Notes under the pieces: generated by a model | Databases searched by the model: none | What the model was told of the DNA's origin: nothing | What the model saw: the letters and a program-made list of their open reading frames with translations, nothing else | In this document: piece by piece, positions 1-8,657 of the stretch | Layout of the letters: the number at the start of each line of letters is the position of its first letter | Position numbering within the stretch: position 1 is the stretch's first letter | Program-made: the position numbers and the translations under genes | From: Candidatus Latescibacterota bacterium | GTDB taxonomy: Bacteria > Latescibacterota > UBA2968 > UBA8231 | Direction: 5' to 3' | DNA length: 64,000 bases | NCBI GenBank assembly: GCA_965242865.1 | Contig: CBDETK010000013.1 | Coordinates: 5,504,001 to 5,568,000, forward strand

Positions 1-1
1 G

Positions 2-655
2 GAAAGCCTCCGCGATGCGCTTGACGAACTTGAGAACCAAGAAGGACTGTTGAGCAAACTTCGCCAATGGCTTCCTTCTCGGGATGGGAACTCGGCCTTG
101 GAACGCGAAAAACTACGCGACGAACTTGACGACCTCGGCGAATCGCCCCCAAGTCAGATAGCGGCCCAAGCCGAGGAGCGCATGACACGCCTCGCCGCGG
201 TCGTCAACCGTTTGGATGGACTGCGGCGTACCACTCACGACCAGCAACAGGACGCCGAGGACGCCAAGGCTGAAGACGCCCAGCGAGACATTTGGAAAAA
301 GCGCGTCGAAGATGCCAAGACCAAGCTGGAAGAAATTCGACAGAAGTTGGCGGAGAATGAGATAGCCCAAGGCGAGGCGGCGGAAAAACGGCAAAAGATC
401 GAGAAACTGGGTCGTGTTGCATCGGAAGAATTTCGTTTCAAGAAACCGCCTCGACTTGCAACTCCAGCAACGAGCGAGGTGGATTCGCACCCGCCGATTC
501 CGTCAGAAGCACCTCCTGAGATAGGGGAGCTCTACGAACATGGCGAAAAGCGTTTTCTCGCCATTCGCACATGGGAACAACTTAGGCCGGCGCAGTCTGT
601 TGCGAGGCGGCTTCGGGCCGAACCCGTGGTTGCTACAAACCCTTCAAAAGTGTAA
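2..655 (+). CDS. 5'-truncated coiled-coil protein upstream of the TerY-P triad
   Basis: Frame is open from base 2, so it starts before the window; E/K/R/A-rich heptads, then a Pro-rich linker and a small C-terminal domain. Confidence 0.75.
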   Translation, partial: ESLRDALDELENQEGLLSKLRQWLPSRDGNSALEREKLRDELDDLGESPPSQIAAQAEERMTRLAAVVNRLDGLRRTTHDQQQDAEDAKAEDAQRDIWKKRVEDAKTKLEEIRQKLAENEIAQGEAAEKRQKIEKLGRVASEEFRFKKPPRLATPATSEVDSHPPIPSEAPPEIGELYEHGEKRFLAIRTWEQLRPAQSVARRLRAEPVVATNPSKV

Positions 656-698
656 TACGTCACAGCATTCACACGGAGTCCAAACAAGGAGAAAATCA

Positions 699-1427
699 AT
701 GGAACACGAAGAAACCATGGAACCCAAACTTCCAGGAGGGCCAATCGCAAACAGGCCACTCCATTTCATTTTCCTCGCAGACTGCTCGTACTCGATGTCA
801 GGCGAGAAAATTCAAGCACTCAACCACGCGATTAAAGAGGCCATTCCGCACATGCGGGATGTCGCAGAAGGCAATCCGAACGCCGAGGTTTTGGTGCGGG
901 CGATCGAGTTCTCGTCCGGTGCCCAGTGGCATATTCCGCAACCGACGAATGTCGATGTGTTTGAGTGGAACGACCTCTCGGCCAACGGCTCGACTTCAAT
1001 GGGACGCGCTCTGTCTCTGGTTACTGAGGCACTCAAGACCCCGCCCATGCCGGAGCGTGCGCTACCTCCCGTGCTGGTGCTCATCAGTGACGGACAGCCC
1101 ACGGACGACTTCAATGGGGGGCTTCAAGCATTGATGGCCGAGCCTTGGGGCACGAAGGCCGTGCGCCTCGCTATCGCCATTGGCGCAGACGCGGATATCG
1201 ATGTTCTCCAACGCTTCATCGGGCATGCAGAAATCCAACCGCTGCAAGCCAACAACGCTCAAGATTTGGTCAATTATATCCGCTGGGCATCCACCGCAGT
1301 TTTGCAGGCCGCCTCCGCGCCAGCGAGCCAGACGCAGAGTGCTCCGGCCGGGGTCAATGTGCCGTTGCCTCCACCGCCGAAACCCGATCCGAAATCCGGG
1401 CCGACGGATGCCAATGATGTCTGGTAG
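699..1427 (+). CDS. terY: TerY-like von Willebrand factor A domain protein
   Basis: MIDAS-type DCSYSM, TSMG and LISDGQPTDD motifs; AAGGAG upstream of ATG 699; followed by PP2C and kinase genes. Confidence 0.85.
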   Translation: MEHEETMEPKLPGGPIANRPLHFIFLADCSYSMSGEKIQALNHAIKEAIPHMRDVAEGNPNAEVLVRAIEFSSGAQWHIPQPTNVDVFEWNDLSANGSTSMGRALSLVTEALKTPPMPERALPPVLVLISDGQPTDDFNGGLQALMAEPWGTKAVRLAIAIGADADIDVLQRFIGHAEIQPLQANNAQDLVNYIRWASTAVLQAASAPASQTQSAPAGVNVPLPPPPKPDPKSGPTDANDVW

Positions 1428-2379
1428 CCACGAAATAGACGCGAGACCAAGCCGACGACCCGGATTCGCCATTGAGCGGGTAATCGGTGCAAACCACCTG
1501 CGATCTGGCAAGCCCTGCCAAGACGAGGCAGGGCTTTGGATGGTGGCCGACACTGTGGCCCTTGCCATCGCTGACGGTCATGGTTCGAGCAAACACGCCG
1601 ACATCGGTGCCCGCCTCGCAGTCCAAGTGGCTCTTACCGCGCTCGTGCGATTCGCCGAGGACTTGGGTGAGCGCACTTCAAACCTGAGCGAAGTCCAGAA
1701 ATACGCCGAGCATCCACTCCGCGTTCAGATCGTCCGGGAATGGAAAGAGAGAGTCCACACCAAGTCTGGAGACAGTGAAACACCACTCGTGGATTATGGC
1801 TCGACACTCTTGGTCGCTTTAGCAACGCCGGACTTTTTACTCGTTGGACAACTCGGTGATGGCGATATACTACTCGTCAACGAGGCTGGTACAGTTGATG
1901 TCCCACTACCTGCTGACCCGGAGGCGTTTGCCGACGAGACTCCTAGCCTGTGTCTCCCAGAAGCCGAGCACTCATTTCGTCTGCGAGTCCTGCCGACACC
2001 GAAGCAAGAGACGCTTCTCCTGCTCTCGACCGATGGGTACAGCAAGTCGTACCCCACGGACGCCGCGTTCAAGGAGATCGGCCCGGATTATCTCGACCTC
2101 ATACGCAAGGATGGGGTCGCCAAATTGACCCTTCTCTTGAGGGGCTTTCTCGAGGCGGTTACTAATCAGGGGAGTGGTGATGACATCGCCCTCGCGCTTC
2201 TCCACTGGTCGCCACCAGCGAGCCAGACTGCTATGGATTCTTCTAACGCATCGTCGGGGCAGGATGGAATAGTACAGCGGATTCGAGCCAAAATTGGGGC
2301 ATTCATTGGGAACAAGAACGAAACTCAAAATAATGGAGAAATTGCCAATGCAAAAACCAGAACTACTGAAGACCGCTGA
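1414..2379 (+). CDS. PP2C-family (PP2C_2) protein phosphatase of the TerY-P triad
   Basis: GANH..SGKPCQD, IADGHGS, QLGDGD, LSTDG and GSGDD motifs; start could be 1408, 1414 or 1417, overlapping the vWA stop. Confidence 0.85.
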   Translation: MMSGSHEIDARPSRRPGFAIERVIGANHLRSGKPCQDEAGLWMVADTVALAIADGHGSSKHADIGARLAVQVALTALVRFAEDLGERTSNLSEVQKYAEHPLRVQIVREWKERVHTKSGDSETPLVDYGSTLLVALATPDFLLVGQLGDGDILLVNEAGTVDVPLPADPEAFADETPSLCLPEAEHSFRLRVLPTPKQETLLLLSTDGYSKSYPTDAAFKEIGPDYLDLIRKDGVAKLTLLLRGFLEAVTNQGSGDDIALALLHWSPPASQTAMDSSNASSGQDGIVQRIRAKIGAFIGNKNETQNNGEIANAKTRTTEDR

Positions 2380-3640
2380 TGGAACGCGCATCATCGCCGA
2401 CACCCTGCTTGGTCAAGGGGGCCAAGGCGAGGTCTGGAAAGCCACTGATGGCGGGAAGTCTGTCGCGGTGAAGGTCTATCACCGAGATACGGCGACTACA
2501 GAACAAAAAGAGGGACTCGAGCGGTTGGTTGAAAAAGGCTCGCCTGCGCCCTGTTTTTTGTGGCCGATGGCGATGGTAGCGGATACTCAATCAGAGAGAT
2601 ATGGCTACATCATGCCCATCCGGGAGCCTAACTTTCGAGGACTGGAAGACTTCATGGCGCGGCGGATCCGCCCATCAATGCGTGCATTGCTCACGGCAGG
2701 CAGGAAACTCGCGGATGGATTTCTCCGCCTCCACAGTCGAGGTCTCTGCTATCGGGACATTTCCTTCGCCAATGTATTCTTTGATCCGAAGACCGGCGAT
2801 ATCCTCATCTGCGACAACGACAATGTTGACATAACGGGATCCGAAACGGGCGGTGTGCTGGGGACCCAGCGTTTTATGGCCCCCGAGGTGGTTCGGAGAG
2901 AGGCGGCCCCATCTGCTGATACGGATCGCTACTCGCTGGCAGTACTGCTGTTTTTTCTTTTGTACGGTGGTCATCCCCTTGACGGTCAACTGGAAGCGAA
3001 CATTCGCTGCCTCGATGTTCCCGCCTTGGAGAGTCTCTATGGGTCTGACCCGCTTTACATCTGGGATCCGAGCGACGATTCCAACCGTCCTGTCCCCGGC
3101 ATTCACAACAACCCCATCGCCTTTCGCCACATGTACCCTGAAACGCTGGCAACCCTGTTTCAACGGTCATTCACGGACGGATTGCACTACCCATCCAAAC
3201 GTGTGCGCGAGTCGGAGTGGAGGAAGGCTTTCGCGAGCACCATCGACAGTATCTGGCTGTGCGAGTGCAGTGCTGAAAACTTCTATGAGCCTGCGGTCGT
3301 GGCATCGTCTGGCGGCAAGCACTGCTGGTCATGCAAGAAGCCGCTGGTCCTCCCACCGCGCATTCGGATTGACGACGACATCGTCTTGCTCAATCGCACT
3401 ACCCAACTGTTCGGCTACCATGTTGGTCAGACCCGCGACGATACCCCAATCGCGGAAGTCGTTCAGAACCCCCAAGTTCCGAACCTTTTCGGCTTGCGAA
3501 ACCTGACCGCAGAGAAGTGGACACTGACCAAGCCGGACGGGTCGGTGGTTGATGTTCCGCCTGACCGTGCAGCACCGATTCTCAACGGCAACCGCATCAA
3601 CTTCGGGCCGCAAACGGGAGAGGTGCGAGTACAGTCCTAA
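2348..3640 (+). CDS. Ser/Thr protein kinase with Zn-ribbon and FHA-like C-terminus (TerY-P triad)
   Basis: GQGGQGEV, VAVK, YRDIS..N, CDNDN and FMAPE motifs; CxC...CxxC near the C-terminus; GGAG upstream of 2348. Confidence 0.85.
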   Translation: MQKPELLKTADGTRIIADTLLGQGGQGEVWKATDGGKSVAVKVYHRDTATTEQKEGLERLVEKGSPAPCFLWPMAMVADTQSERYGYIMPIREPNFRGLEDFMARRIRPSMRALLTAGRKLADGFLRLHSRGLCYRDISFANVFFDPKTGDILICDNDNVDITGSETGGVLGTQRFMAPEVVRREAAPSADTDRYSLAVLLFFLLYGGHPLDGQLEANIRCLDVPALESLYGSDPLYIWDPSDDSNRPVPGIHNNPIAFRHMYPETLATLFQRSFTDGLHYPSKRVRESEWRKAFASTIDSIWLCECSAENFYEPAVVASSGGKHCWSCKKPLVLPPRIRIDDDIVLLNRTTQLFGYHVGQTRDDTPIAEVVQNPQVPNLFGLRNLTAEKWTLTKPDGSVVDVPPDRAAPILNGNRINFGPQTGEVRVQS

Positions 3641-3833
3641 GATGTCGGACAGTCAGTCGCGAGGACACACTGCTTAGACCGCCGGGATATATGTCGCTGG
3701 CGGCTCAGCTTTGGGCTTTGAGACGCAACAATCGCACCGGCCCACCGGCCCCCCCAACCGCTCCTTGTGCCGCGTCACGCAGCGGCGTAACTTATGCAAA
3801 AAGCAAGACTTACCCAACACAGGAGCTTCCGCC

Positions 3834-5258
3834 ATGACGCCTCCCAACATTCTCTGGATCTGCACGGATCAGCAACGCTACGACACCATCGGCGCACTCG
3901 GTTATACCCACGTCGATACGCCGCATGTCGATCGGCTGGTCGCCGAGGGCGTGGCCTTTACTCGCGCCTATTGTCAAAGCCCGATCTGCACGCCGAGCCG
4001 GGCGAGTTTTCTCACTGGCCAGTACGCCAGCGCCGTCCACATCAATGGCAATGGCCTCGATAGTTTTCCCGGGCACCCGCCGCTGGTCACGCGGCTGTTG
4101 GCCGAGGCCGGGTACGACTGCGGGCTGATTGGCAAGCTGCACTTGGCCAGCGCCCATCGCCGCATTGAGCCGCGCGTCAACGACGGGTATCGCTATTGGG
4201 AATACAGCCACGCGCCCCGCGACGACTGGCCGCAGGGGCACGGCTATGCCGATTGGGTGCGGGAAAAGGGGGAAGTTTTAGGCGAGTTGATGAAGCAATA
4301 TCCCTGCGGATTGCCGGCCGAATTCCACCAGACGACGTGGTGCGCCGAGAAGACCATTGAGTTTATGAGCCAAAAGCGCGATGGCCCTTGGCTGGCCAGC
4401 GTCAATATCTACGACCCCCACCCGCCGTTCAATCCGCCGCAGAGCTACCGCGACCGCTTTGACCCAGCGACCATGCCCGGGCCGCTGTTTGCCGACAGCG
4501 ACTTGGCGCAGCAGGAAAAGCTAGCGGCGATTGACTTCCAGTCCAAGGGGCGGCGGCCCGACCAACTCGACATCCGCGACCCCTTGCACCAAGACCGCCC
4601 GACGCCCGGGGCGGACGCGCACGTGTTGCAGGCGGCGTACTGCGCGATGATCAAGCAAATTGACGACCAAGTGGGCCGGATGCTGGCCGCGCTCGAAGAC
4701 GCGGGCCAGCGCGACAATACCGTGGTGATTTTTACCTCTGACCACGGCGAAATGCTCGGCGACCACGGGCTGATCCAAAAGGGGTGCCGCTTTTACGAGG
4801 GCTTGGTGCGGGTGCCGCTGATTTTTTCTTGGCCGGGGCACTTTGAGCAGGGCTTGGTGCGCGGCGATCTGGTCGAGCTGACCGATAAAGCACCGACGCT
4901 GCTGGAGCTAGCCGGGCTGGAGGTGCCGGAGCGGATGACCGGCCGCTCGCTCGGGCCGATTTTGCGCGGCGAAAGCGCGGCCCCACACCGCGACTTCGTC
5001 CGTTGCGAGTACTACGACGCGTTGGCCGCGCCCGATGGCACCTTTGCCACCATGTACCGCGACGAGCGCTACAAGTTGGTGCTCTACCACGGGCACGGTT
5101 TGGGCGAGCTATACGACTTGGACGAAGACCCCGGCGAGTTCGAGAACATGTGGGATGAGCCGCAAGCGCAGCCGCTCAAGCTGGAACTGATGCAAAAGAG
5201 CTTCGACGCTTCGATGCTGGCGATGGACCGGGGGCCCCGGCGCGTCGGGCCGATGTGA
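3834..5258 (+). CDS. Cys-type sulfatase
   Basis: PNILWICTDQQR, CTPSRASFLTG, GKLHL and SDHGEMLGDH motifs; AGGAG upstream. Confidence 0.92.
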   Translation: MTPPNILWICTDQQRYDTIGALGYTHVDTPHVDRLVAEGVAFTRAYCQSPICTPSRASFLTGQYASAVHINGNGLDSFPGHPPLVTRLLAEAGYDCGLIGKLHLASAHRRIEPRVNDGYRYWEYSHAPRDDWPQGHGYADWVREKGEVLGELMKQYPCGLPAEFHQTTWCAEKTIEFMSQKRDGPWLASVNIYDPHPPFNPPQSYRDRFDPATMPGPLFADSDLAQQEKLAAIDFQSKGRRPDQLDIRDPLHQDRPTPGADAHVLQAAYCAMIKQIDDQVGRMLAALEDAGQRDNTVVIFTSDHGEMLGDHGLIQKGCRFYEGLVRVPLIFSWPGHFEQGLVRGDLVELTDKAPTLLELAGLEVPERMTGRSLGPILRGESAAPHRDFVRCEYYDALAAPDGTFATMYRDERYKLVLYHGHGLGELYDLDEDPGEFENMWDEPQAQPLKLELMQKSFDASMLAMDRGPRRVGPM

Positions 5259-6076
5259 TGGAGCGGCAGCAGCGGGTGACGCGGCGGCCAATCTGGCGCT
5301 TCCGCGAGGCAGCCCAAGCGGCCGCAGACGACTTGGTAACGGTTGAGGAGCCGCTGGAGATCCGCGTGGACGAGACGCCGATCGCAGTGGTCATGCGCAC
5401 CCCGCGCCACGACTTTGAGCTCGCGGCCGGTTTTTTGTGTACCGAGGGACTGATCCAAACGCCGCAGGACTTGGGCGCGATCTCGTATTGCACGGCCGCG
5501 GAACCGCCCAACGAGGAGAATATCGTCGAGGTCAAGCTGGCCGCGGGCGTGGGCTTTGATCGGCAGCGGCTCCAGCGCAACTTTTACGCCTCGTCGAGTT
5601 GCGGAGTCTGCGGCAAGGCCAGCATTGAGGCCATCGCCGGCGAGGCCCCCGCGCTGACGGAAAACTTTACCGTGCCGCTGGCCGTGCTCTACGGCCTCGG
5701 CGACCGCATGCGCCAAGCACAGGACGTATTTGAGCAAACCGGCTCCCTGCACGCTGCGGCCCTGTTTGATCGGGCGGGCGACTTGCTCGTTTTGCGCGAG
5801 GACGTGGGCCGGCACAACGCGGTTGACAAGCTCATCGGCCACTACGCGCTGCGCAACGAGCCGGTGCCAGCCCAGAGCGTGCTAATGGTCAGCGGCCGCA
5901 CCAGCTTTGAGATCGTGCAAAAGGCGTGGATGGCCGGGATTGCGGTGGTCGCCGCGGTATCCGCGCCGTCGAGCTTGGCGGTGGATCTGGCGCGGGAATC
6001 GGGGATGACGCTGGTGGGGTTTTTGCGCGGGCGCGGGTTCAATGTGTATGCGGGGGGCGAGCGAATTGCTGCGTAG
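5258..6076 (+). CDS. fdhD: Formate dehydrogenase accessory sulfurtransferase FdhD
   Basis: VEEPLEI, MRTP, SSCGVCGK, EDVGRHNAVDK, SGRTSFE and SAPSSLA motifs. Confidence 0.93.
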   Translation: MERQQRVTRRPIWRFREAAQAAADDLVTVEEPLEIRVDETPIAVVMRTPRHDFELAAGFLCTEGLIQTPQDLGAISYCTAAEPPNEENIVEVKLAAGVGFDRQRLQRNFYASSSCGVCGKASIEAIAGEAPALTENFTVPLAVLYGLGDRMRQAQDVFEQTGSLHAAALFDRAGDLLVLREDVGRHNAVDKLIGHYALRNEPVPAQSVLMVSGRTSFEIVQKAWMAGIAVVAAVSAPSSLAVDLARESGMTLVGFLRGRGFNVYAGGERIAA

Positions 6077-6184
6077 GAGCGGGGGTTTCCCTATATCCTT
6101 CCCGTGCGCGATCGACCTCCGAATGCTTGAGGGGCGGGGCGCACCAAGCATCGTCGTTTAATTTTTTACGTAAAGGAGAGGACC

Positions 6185-7057
6185 ATGCCCAAGAGAAATC
6201 AGGCCAAAAGACCGCAACTCAAACTCTGCGCCGCGGCGTGGACGTTGACCAACTACCCGTCTGAAGCCAAGCCGTGGTCCATGGACCGCAAGGTCCGTGC
6301 GGCTAAGGACGCTGGCTTTGTCGGATTTAGCGCGGGGGCCGATCCCGAGATCGCCGAGGCTTGCGCCAAGCACGGGCTACAGCTCGTCGGCGGGGTCGAT
6401 GTAGCCACGGCAGAAGAGGCCGCCCCGAAACTAGCGGCCTTTAAGGAAGCGGGTGCCGAGCACGTCAATGTCCAGCTCTGCGACCACGACACGGCCATCC
6501 CCAAGGCGGTGACGGTGGCGCGGGCGGTGATGAAGGCGGGCGCCGCACTCGGGATCAAGCCGGCGATTGAATGGCACCGCGACACCTGCACTGAGACGCC
6601 GGAGAAGGGGCTAGTGCTGGCCGCGCAGTACGAGAAACGCTACGAGGAAAAGTTGCGCACCAATTTTGACCACTCGCATCCGGCGATCATTAAGCAGCTG
6701 CGGCCGGCCAACTTCTGGGAGCGCATCGCCGAATACCGCCCGGACCTGCTCAACATGAGCGAGTTGATTCACTTCCGCACCTTTACCGGCAGCCATTGCC
6801 AGACGCCGGTCACCAATGGCCGCGGCGCACTGGACGCGGATTTTATCACTTGGCGCGACCACTTTCTCGAGCACTTGCTCTATCACTGGATTAAGGGCCA
6901 GCGCGGCGGCACCACGCTATGGGCGGTCGTCGAATTGGGGCCGAAGGGTTCGGGCTACGCGCTCGATTGTTTCCCGGACGTATGGAAGGACGCGATCGTC
7001 GCCCGCGACGAGATCGACAAGGCGTTCAAGGGGGCGTTGAGAAAAGCGAAGAAGTAG
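6185..7057 (+). CDS. Xylose isomerase-like TIM-barrel protein
   Basis: EWHRDT, DHSH and VELGP..SGY motifs of the AP_endonuc_2-like family; AAGGAG RBS. Confidence 0.7.
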   Translation: MPKRNQAKRPQLKLCAAAWTLTNYPSEAKPWSMDRKVRAAKDAGFVGFSAGADPEIAEACAKHGLQLVGGVDVATAEEAAPKLAAFKEAGAEHVNVQLCDHDTAIPKAVTVARAVMKAGAALGIKPAIEWHRDTCTETPEKGLVLAAQYEKRYEEKLRTNFDHSHPAIIKQLRPANFWERIAEYRPDLLNMSELIHFRTFTGSHCQTPVTNGRGALDADFITWRDHFLEHLLYHWIKGQRGGTTLWAVVELGPKGSGYALDCFPDVWKDAIVARDEIDKAFKGALRKAKK

Positions 7058-7112
7058 CGTTTGACTTAGAGCCTATACGAAAATCATCTGAGGTCGAGTT
7101 CAAATCGTTTGA

Positions 7113-7139
7113 CTGGATTCCCGCTGTTGCGAGAATGAC
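7113..7139. repeat. dRS3-like REP hairpin (degenerate copy)
   Basis: CTGGATTCCCGCTGTTGCGAGAATGAC between convergent genes; related to the copies near 43290, 45100, 49795 and 57492. Confidence 0.7.
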
Positions 7140-7173
7140 GGGTGCTGTCTCTACGGCTTGTAGGTGCTAGGCG

Positions 7174-8541
7174 TTAATACACCCGCACCACAGTCCCCCG
7201 CTCGGCCGCAAGCCGCTCGGCTACGGCTTCTTGGGTCACCGGATTTTCCGGCCACTCCTCCGGGGCCACGTGCGACAGCCGCAACAACAAGCGCGCGAGC
7301 TGCCCGACGTATTCCTTTAACTCCCGCACATTGAGCTTGTCGGCGGTGTCGGCTGGCTCGTGGTGGTAGTTGGAATCGGCGTGGCGACCGCTAAAGCGCC
7401 AGCGCCACAAATGCGCCGCGTCAATGCCCGCGCGCAAAAAGGGGAAATGGTCTGAAGTCGCGTCGAGTTGGGACATTACGTGGCACTTCAGCCCATCGCC
7501 CATCGCGTCGAGCTGCGCCTGCACCAAGCCGCGCAAATGCCCAAACCCCAGCACCACCCCCTTGATCGGCCCGGTCGATAGCTCGTCGAGATTGATCGCC
7601 AGTCGCGGCTTTTCGCCGCCGAGTTGCCGCACGTATTCGCTCGACCCTTGGAACGTCTGCTCCTCGGCACTATACGTCGCAAAGCACAGGCTCATGCCCG
7701 GCTCAACCCCGAGCGCCGCTTTCAGTCCGGCCAATACGCGGGCGGTCTCCAGCACCGCAATGGTCCCCGAGGCATTGTCGTTGCCCCCTGGGGCGTCGTA
7801 CACCGTGTCGTGGTGCCCGCCCAACACCAGCCGCTCTTGGGGCCAGCGCGTCCCGGGCAGCGAGGCGACTACGTTGTGCGCGGATGCTCGGTAAAATCGG
7901 CTCTCGACGGCGAGCTTGAGCGGCCGGCCCTCGTCGGCCCACTTTTGCAACAAGGCCCCGTGTTCCCGCGAGGTCGTCACCGTTGGCATGGTCAACTCAG
8001 CGGTCTCTGGCTCGCGCCAATCCCCGCCGTTGTGGTACTCCACGCGCCGCCCATCCTTTGGATCAATCGCTACCACCGCCACCGCGCCGGCGTCGCCCAG
8101 TGCTTTGAGCCGCACATTGGGGGGAGAAGGCGCGGTAAAAGGCTCCAGCGCTAGGTGCATTACGGCGATGCTCCCGTTGAGCTGGCCGCGCACCCGGTCG
8201 ATTTCGTGCGCCGTGCCGTATCCGGCGTGGACTATTGGGGCTTGGAGGTCGCACGGTGGACAGCGGTTATAGGGCAAGAGGTCGATTTTTACGCCCCCCA
8301 CCGTGGCCTCGGCCCGGTTGTACGCCCAAGTATTCAGCGCAAACTCCTTTAGCGCCGCATCGGCCAGTCCGGCCTGTGCAAACTGCTCCCGCAGGTATGC
8401 TACCGCTTGGTACTCCTCGGCCGAAGAAGCCCAGCGCGGCCCGATTTGCTCGCACAACACTTCTACGTGCGTGCCGATCTGCGAGCCGGTCCAAGCCTCG
8501 CCAAAAATCCAGCGGTCAATTGCTCGCCAATTCAGTTCCAT
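7174..8541 (-). CDS. M28-family peptidase with PA domain
   Basis: GGHHDT, GGNDNASG, SAEEQ, INLD, SDHFPF and YHH..DT motifs. Confidence 0.88.
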   Translation of the reverse strand: MELNWRAIDRWIFGEAWTGSQIGTHVEVLCEQIGPRWASSAEEYQAVAYLREQFAQAGLADAALKEFALNTWAYNRAEATVGGVKIDLLPYNRCPPCDLQAPIVHAGYGTAHEIDRVRGQLNGSIAVMHLALEPFTAPSPPNVRLKALGDAGAVAVVAIDPKDGRRVEYHNGGDWREPETAELTMPTVTTSREHGALLQKWADEGRPLKLAVESRFYRASAHNVVASLPGTRWPQERLVLGGHHDTVYDAPGGNDNASGTIAVLETARVLAGLKAALGVEPGMSLCFATYSAEEQTFQGSSEYVRQLGGEKPRLAINLDELSTGPIKGVVLGFGHLRGLVQAQLDAMGDGLKCHVMSQLDATSDHFPFLRAGIDAAHLWRWRFSGRHADSNYHHEPADTADKLNVRELKEYVGQLARLLLRLSHVAPEEWPENPVTQEAVAERLAAERGTVVRVY

Positions 8542-8657
8542 CGCGTCCCTTTCTCGAAGTTGACCATTCCTCTATGCGTCCCCGTAGGATAGGCAAATGT
8601 TGTTGCTCGACCAAAGGGGCGTTAGATTCCCCCCACAATGGACCCTTAAAAAGTTAG

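Noticed and set aside
3834-7057. Sulfatase-fdhD-TIM barrel as a novel pathway
   Set aside because: Only adjacency and one overlapping junction support it; no further evidence in the window.
7067-7170. Third MITE shell around the 7113 hairpin
   Set aside because: The terminal match (TAGAGCCTA versus TAGGTGCTA) is weak and there is only one copy.
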